NCBI GenBank assembly: GCA_028279595.1
Contig: JANQNK010000003.1
Coordinates: forward strand, 96,001-160,000
Origin: Thermoplasmatota archaeon
GTDB taxonomy: Archaea > Thermoplasmatota > JAKEGO01
Direction: 5' to 3'
Length of the DNA stretch: 64,000 nt
Of this stretch, positions 59,612 to 64,000 are shown piece after piece. Each line of letters begins with the position of its first letter. The first letter of the stretch is position 1. The notes below the pieces were generated by a model that was given only the letters and a program-made list of their open reading frames with translations, was not told the origin of the DNA and did no database searches. The translations under genes and the position numbers were made by a program.

Positions 59612-60688
59612 TCAAACGGTGAACGCCAGTACGACCGCTGCTGCTCCCGATATCGCGTAAAGCCCCAGCAGTCTCCTGACAAGCTGTTTCTCGGTCATCG
59701 GCTTCTTGCTGAGGAGGAGATAGGCGAGGGTGTACCTCTCGGCACCCTTCGGAGGTTTCAATCTCCCGTCCTTCAGTATGGTCGGGTTCATGCACGCGTC
59801 CCGACGTTCGATCCGCTTGGCCGAGTAGAATACCGTCGCGGCCATCTCGTAGAAGGCAGGAGCAATGCAGACAACAGCGAATATCTGGATGTTCCCCAGT
59901 ATGGCGGCAGCACCGATGACGGCTCCCATCCCGAGGGTCCCGGTATCACCCACGAAGACCTTCGCGGGGGTCCGATTGTACATGTAGAGGGCCATGGAGC
60001 CGCCGAAAAGGGCCGTGAGGATGATTATAGAGTGAGTGCCGGAATGCACCATGTTAGGCGCCTCGGTATCCTGTATGCCGGCGGCGAGCCCGACCAGTAC
60101 GAGGAAGAAGGAGACCACGGCCACCTCGCCGCTCTCGAGGCCGTTGTAACCTGCCGAGAGGTTTATCGCGTTGGCTGCGCCGGTTATTCCGATCGGGACC
60201 AGGATCATCCAGTAGAACATGTAGACGCTGAATCCGTCATCGAAGTTCCAGATCCACCCGCCGGGGAACCATATCTCAGCCCTCACGGCGTTGTGTGCGA
60301 TTATCAGCGGAAGGCTGGCGAAGATGACCAGGATGGCCTTCTCGCGCCTCTTCAGGACCGCTATGTCGTCAAAGATACCAATGGTCGCCGCGACGAAGAA
60401 AACGCCGATTATTGCGAGGGCGGGCACCTCGGAATCGTCGCCGATGAGCTTGCGGATACCAACTGCGATCGTCATCGTTATGGCGAAGCCGAAGACCACC
60501 GCGATACCGCCCATCTCCGCTACCTCGCGGTCCTCGAGCTTGTTGACGTCGTGGCCGCACATCCCGGCCTTCTCCATCTTGCGTATGATCCAGGGTATCA
60601 CGAGAAAAGTTATCGAGAACGAGAGGACTAGAACCATGATTATGGCTGCGTATAGGTCGTCGATAGCCGGAAAGGCCGATCCCATCAT
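59612..60688 (-). CDS. UDP-GlcNAc:dolichyl-phosphate GlcNAc-1-P transferase (MraY/AglH-like)
   Basis: GHDVNK...VAEMGG, GIFDD, NAIN..AGYNGLE, AKVFVGDTG. Confidence 0.88.
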   Translation of the reverse strand: MMGSAFPAIDDLYAAIIMVLVLSFSITFLVIPWIIRKMEKAGMCGHDVNKLEDREVAEMGGIAVVFGFAITMTIAVGIRKLIGDDSEVPALAIIGVFFVAATIGIFDDIAVLKRREKAILVIFASLPLIIAHNAVRAEIWFPGGWIWNFDDGFSVYMFYWMILVPIGITGAANAINLSAGYNGLESGEVAVVSFFLVLVGLAAGIQDTEAPNMVHSGTHSIIILTALFGGSMALYMYNRTPAKVFVGDTGTLGMGAVIGAAAILGNIQIFAVVCIAPAFYEMAATVFYSAKRIERRDACMNPTILKDGRLKPPKGAERYTLAYLLLSKKPMTEKQLVRRLLGLYAISGAAAVVLAFTV

Positions 60689-60743
60689 CCCACCTGTCCG
60701 TTCCGGTAATGGGACAACACGTATTTAAACGCTTTATCGAGGC

Positions 60744-62357
60744 TCAGAATTCATGCGCATTGAAGGTCTTGGTGACCGGCGGGTCGACAAGGCCCTCGAG
60801 CTCCCGGACCACCTCGCTCGCCCCGTAGTTGCCAAGCCCCCAGATGTCGTAGTACATGTACATGTAGTAGGTGTGGGACAACGACACCGAGTTGTCCTGC
60901 CACAGCACCATCCTCTCGTGTCCGGACGCGTTGACCATCCAGTCCACGTCAGTGGCCTCGTCGTACTGGTAGAGGTAGGCGTAGAAGTTCCATGCGTTAT
61001 CGTGATGCAGGACCCCGGCGTACCTCCCAGCCCACGGCTCGTCGGGGAGAGGAAGCTCATTCAGCCTGGACCCTGTGATCACATGTGCCACATCGCCCGA
61101 GACCAATCTGTTCCGCGCCCCCGTCGAGTACCTGGCTCCGCCCATGTATCCGAGCTGTTCGGTCCTGAAGGAGACCGCGGAACGGTCGGTCCCCACCGAC
61201 CAGGTGTCCTCGATCTCGACCAGGCCGCTGTTCTCGTAGAACTTCCATGACCTGGTGAGACCGCCCTTCGTGGTCTCGACCTCGGCGTAGACCGTGCTGT
61301 TGTACAGTATGGTCCATGTGTCCCATCCACCCTGCAGCGTGGACGCGTTGTTGAAGGTGAAAGACCAGCTCGGGCTTCCCGCCCCGATCTCCGTCCCGGC
61401 GATCCTGAAGTAGGAGCCGTTGAGGACGTCCATGGTGAACATCCCGTTGTCCACCCATCCGTCGTCGGTCACCATGAGGTCGCCGTCCGGCGAGATGTCG
61501 GTGCTCGGTCCGCCGACGAGGTCGAAGTATATGTAGAACCACCTGTACGTATCGGCCTCATTGCTCCCGTTGACCAACCAGACGATCTCCCCCGAATGCT
61601 GGTCGCCGATGTAAGCGTGAGGGTGTACGTACTTGAGGATGCCGGCCGGACTGGTCCTTTCTATCGTGGCATTGTGCTCCGCGATGGTTATCGTGGAAAG
61701 GTCCACCTGGTTCGTGGTCGGGTCCATTCCCAGCCTCTCGAGCTCCTCATCGAAATCGACCCTGACCCTGATCGGATGCTCCCTCCTTGCCAGATCGCCG
61801 GTGTTGAAGGCTACGGGTATCCTGAACCCGTACGACACGCTCGAGCCAGTGATGGCACCGAACGCCGCCCCGTCGGGCCAGGGATCGGATATCATGTCGA
61901 TGATGGTGAGCGTGTAGGGTGAAGTCATCGTATTGACGCCGTCGTCGACCACTATGGTGACGTTGACCTCGACGAGATGCCTGTCCTGTTCATCCACCGG
62001 AATGGTATCCTGGTTCTGTCTGAAGACGTCGCTTACCTCGTCGAAGTCGAGCAGATCGTACATCACCCCGTGCGGGGCATAGACGTCCGATATCTCATCG
62101 ACGGTCTCGTACAGATTGGCCCTGATGTTCGCTGGTGCCCTTCCCGATTGGTAGATGAGCTCCGAGTTGACCTTCCACTCGAGCGCCTCCCCGAAGACAT
62201 CCGGATTGCCGGTGAGGTCCCCTGAGCTAGCCGAAGTGTAGGACCTGCTCTTCTTGGTGTAGTTGAGGAACGTGGCGTTCGAACCGATGGCCATCAACGT
62301 GAACGCGAGCACGACGCCCATCGCGATGATCAGCTGGGCCCTCTCGTCGCGCTTCAA
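60744..62357 (-). CDS. Large minor pilin/adhesin-like protein
   Basis: KRDERA/QLIIAMG class III-like signal, many NxS/T sequons; TTG start overlaps upstream stop. Confidence 0.7.
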   Translation of the reverse strand: MKRDERAQLIIAMGVVLAFTLMAIGSNATFLNYTKKSRSYTSASSGDLTGNPDVFGEALEWKVNSELIYQSGRAPANIRANLYETVDEISDVYAPHGVMYDLLDFDEVSDVFRQNQDTIPVDEQDRHLVEVNVTIVVDDGVNTMTSPYTLTIIDMISDPWPDGAAFGAITGSSVSYGFRIPVAFNTGDLARREHPIRVRVDFDEELERLGMDPTTNQVDLSTITIAEHNATIERTSPAGILKYVHPHAYIGDQHSGEIVWLVNGSNEADTYRWFYIYFDLVGGPSTDISPDGDLMVTDDGWVDNGMFTMDVLNGSYFRIAGTEIGAGSPSWSFTFNNASTLQGGWDTWTILYNSTVYAEVETTKGGLTRSWKFYENSGLVEIEDTWSVGTDRSAVSFRTEQLGYMGGARYSTGARNRLVSGDVAHVITGSRLNELPLPDEPWAGRYAGVLHHDNAWNFYAYLYQYDEATDVDWMVNASGHERMVLWQDNSVSLSHTYYMYMYYDIWGLGNYGASEVVRELEGLVDPPVTKTFNAHEF

Positions 62358-62869
62358 CGCATCTCCCTCCATACCAGGAGCTGAACCTGGAACACGCTCC
62401 CAGTGAATGGCCATGAGGCAGGGGTATGCCTGAGATGGACCAGTCTTGTCGCGGTCACGGCATCACGGATCGGCTCTTCCACCTCCCCCAGGGGATGGCT
62501 GATGAAACCGTTCGAGATGTACAGATTGTAGGAATAAAGGTTCGGAAGGCGCGCCGATACGTTCTCACGCAACTCGTCGACCATACCCTCGGAGAGAAGC
62601 ATCTCGAGCCTGCTCTGGTAACCGTCCATCGGGTCGTCCGGCCTGTCCTGGTCGATGGTCCTCAGGACGTCCTCCCCGAGGTACTCCATCTCACGCAGGT
62701 CGATGCTCTCCGCCTCTGTAGCGAGGTGGCTGGATAGAAGCGCCTGGATGGCCGCGGTCACGAGGATCGATGCTGTGACCACCTCCATCACGTGGACCTG
62801 TGCCCTCTTGTCGAGGCGGAATCTTCGGAACGACCGCACGCGCTCAATCCTCACTATCAATCCGTTCAT
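62354..62869 (-). CDS. Minor pilin-like protein
   Basis: LDKRA/QVHVMEVVTASIL class III-like signal; follows tadC-like gene. Confidence 0.72.
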   Translation of the reverse strand: MNGLIVRIERVRSFRRFRLDKRAQVHVMEVVTASILVTAAIQALLSSHLATEAESIDLREMEYLGEDVLRTIDQDRPDDPMDGYQSRLEMLLSEGMVDELRENVSARLPNLYSYNLYISNGFISHPLGEVEEPIRDAVTATRLVHLRHTPASWPFTGSVFQVQLLVWREMR

Positions 62870-62879
62870 TCTCTGCCCA

Positions 62880-64000
62880 CTAGCCGATGAGGCCAGGGAA
62901 CACTATCACCTTGAAGGCGAGCCATGTCATCAAGGTCATGACGACCGCGTGCTTGAAGCCCGCTGGAATGTTGCCTTCGGACATGACACCTCCCATCATA
63001 CCGTTCCCTATTGCTTGGATGAGCGTCGATGTCCAGTATATGAAGTCGATCTGCCACGGGTCGATGTCCTTGACCTCGATGGAACCGATCCCGCCTCCTC
63101 CGGTCCCCGAATCGGCATCCGCCCCCGAGGAGACGTTCGATTCCGAGATGGCGGGCAGGAATATGGCCGATATGATGACGATGACGGCCAGGTAGACGGC
63201 GAACGAGACATAGATGACGATGTTGTACATCCCGAGCTCCCTCTTCCTGTCGTCCTTGAGGAAGCGGATCTCCCGGGCGTCGGCCGCTGCGGTCAGGAGG
63301 ATGTCACTGATCTTGCCGCCTGCCTTGTTGGCCTCGGCGACCATCATGACGGTCCGCTCGACCAGCGGGGTCTGCACCCTGTCCGCGAACAGTCTGAGGA
63401 CGTCCTCGAAGGCTATGCCCCACGAGATCTGGGTGGCCATCACCCTCACGTCCTTGTTCAGGGCCCCGTACTCTCCTCTCGAGATCGTGTCGATGGCGGT
63501 GGTCATGCTGAGACCACCCTTCCAGTATTCGGCAAGGTCCTTGATGAAGTCGGGGAACTTGTCCTCGATCCTTTCAAGGCGACGCAACTTGATGCCCTCG
63601 TAGATAGCGAACGGGAGCAGGAGTGTGATGATCGCTAGGGGAAGGTAGTCCATCCAGTTGATGTAGAGCGTGTCGACCTCCTCGTAACTCCAACCGTCTT
63701 CTCTGTCCTCCATGTCCGGAGTGTCGATATTGTCCCGTTGGTCCTTGATCGTGTTCGGGTCGTTGTCCTTCTTGACGGTCACCGGATTCCCGAGTTTGAT
63801 GGTGAACGGACCGTCGCAGATGACCTCCGGATTGTCGTCGATGCCGTCGAGGTCGCGGTCCTCGGGCATCGTCTTCATGTCCTCGGTGTAATCGACGATG
63901 AAGAGGTACATGAACAGTATGCAGAAGATCGCCGACGCTGCGAGGATGTAGTATCCGGTGTAGTCACCCACGCCGTGAGGCCTGAGCCTGGCTATCCTCA
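62880..64000 (-). CDS. Type II secretion system F / TadC-like pilus assembly membrane protein (5' end beyond window)
   Basis: FPDFIKDLAE...G, GEYGAL, ISWG, EANKAGG.I..IL, GFKH; frame stays open to the window end. Confidence 0.9.
   Translation of the reverse strand, partial: RIARLRPHGVGDYTGYYILAASAIFCILFMYLFIVDYTEDMKTMPEDRDLDGIDDNPEVICDGPFTIKLGNPVTVKKDNDPNTIKDQRDNIDTPDMEDREDGWSYEEVDTLYINWMDYLPLAIITLLLPFAIYEGIKLRRLERIEDKFPDFIKDLAEYWKGGLSMTTAIDTISRGEYGALNKDVRVMATQISWGIAFEDVLRLFADRVQTPLVERTVMMVAEANKAGGKISDILLTAAADAREIRFLKDDRKRELGMYNIVIYVSFAVYLAVIVIISAIFLPAISESNVSSGADADSGTGGGGIGSIEVKDIDPWQIDFIYWTSTLIQAIGNGMMGGVMSEGNIPAGFKHAVVMTLMTWLAFKVIVFPGLIG

Overview
High-GC archaeal chromosome segment. PolD large subunit, TiaS, aIF-6, S19e/L39e/L31e, Tsr3 and an archaeal type IV pilin point to an archaeon; Thermoplasmatota is my best guess and is inference only. 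Most of the window is housekeeping: rqcH-tiaS-polC, tyrS, a ribosomal protein cluster, rlmE, trxA, a beta-CASP nuclease and mfnA. It also carries bacterial-style central carbon enzymes (single-chain PFOR, split transketolase, transaldolase, probable PPi-PFK, class II aldolase), ADP-forming acyl-CoA ligase, a three-gene two-component module and the edge of a type IV pilus/N-glycosylation locus. Less expected items, several of them absent from the ORF track: (1) at 1-4009, three tandem pilin-derived genes (one frameshifted) next to a zinc-ribbon module in which two small soluble proteins copy both cytoplasmic ends of a 4-TM protein; (2) two tandem paralogous 48-aa His/Cys microproteins upstream of tsr3; (3) a box C/D guide sRNA after tyrS; (4) a dispersed covarying hairpin repeat; (5) a probable CTG start for tiaS; (6) an NSS transporter small subunit (MetS-like) fused to an extracellular domain that has a free-standing paralog 35 kb away. 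I saw no tRNA, rRNA, CRISPR array, transposase or integrase. All assignments come from motif recognition; no database searches were run.
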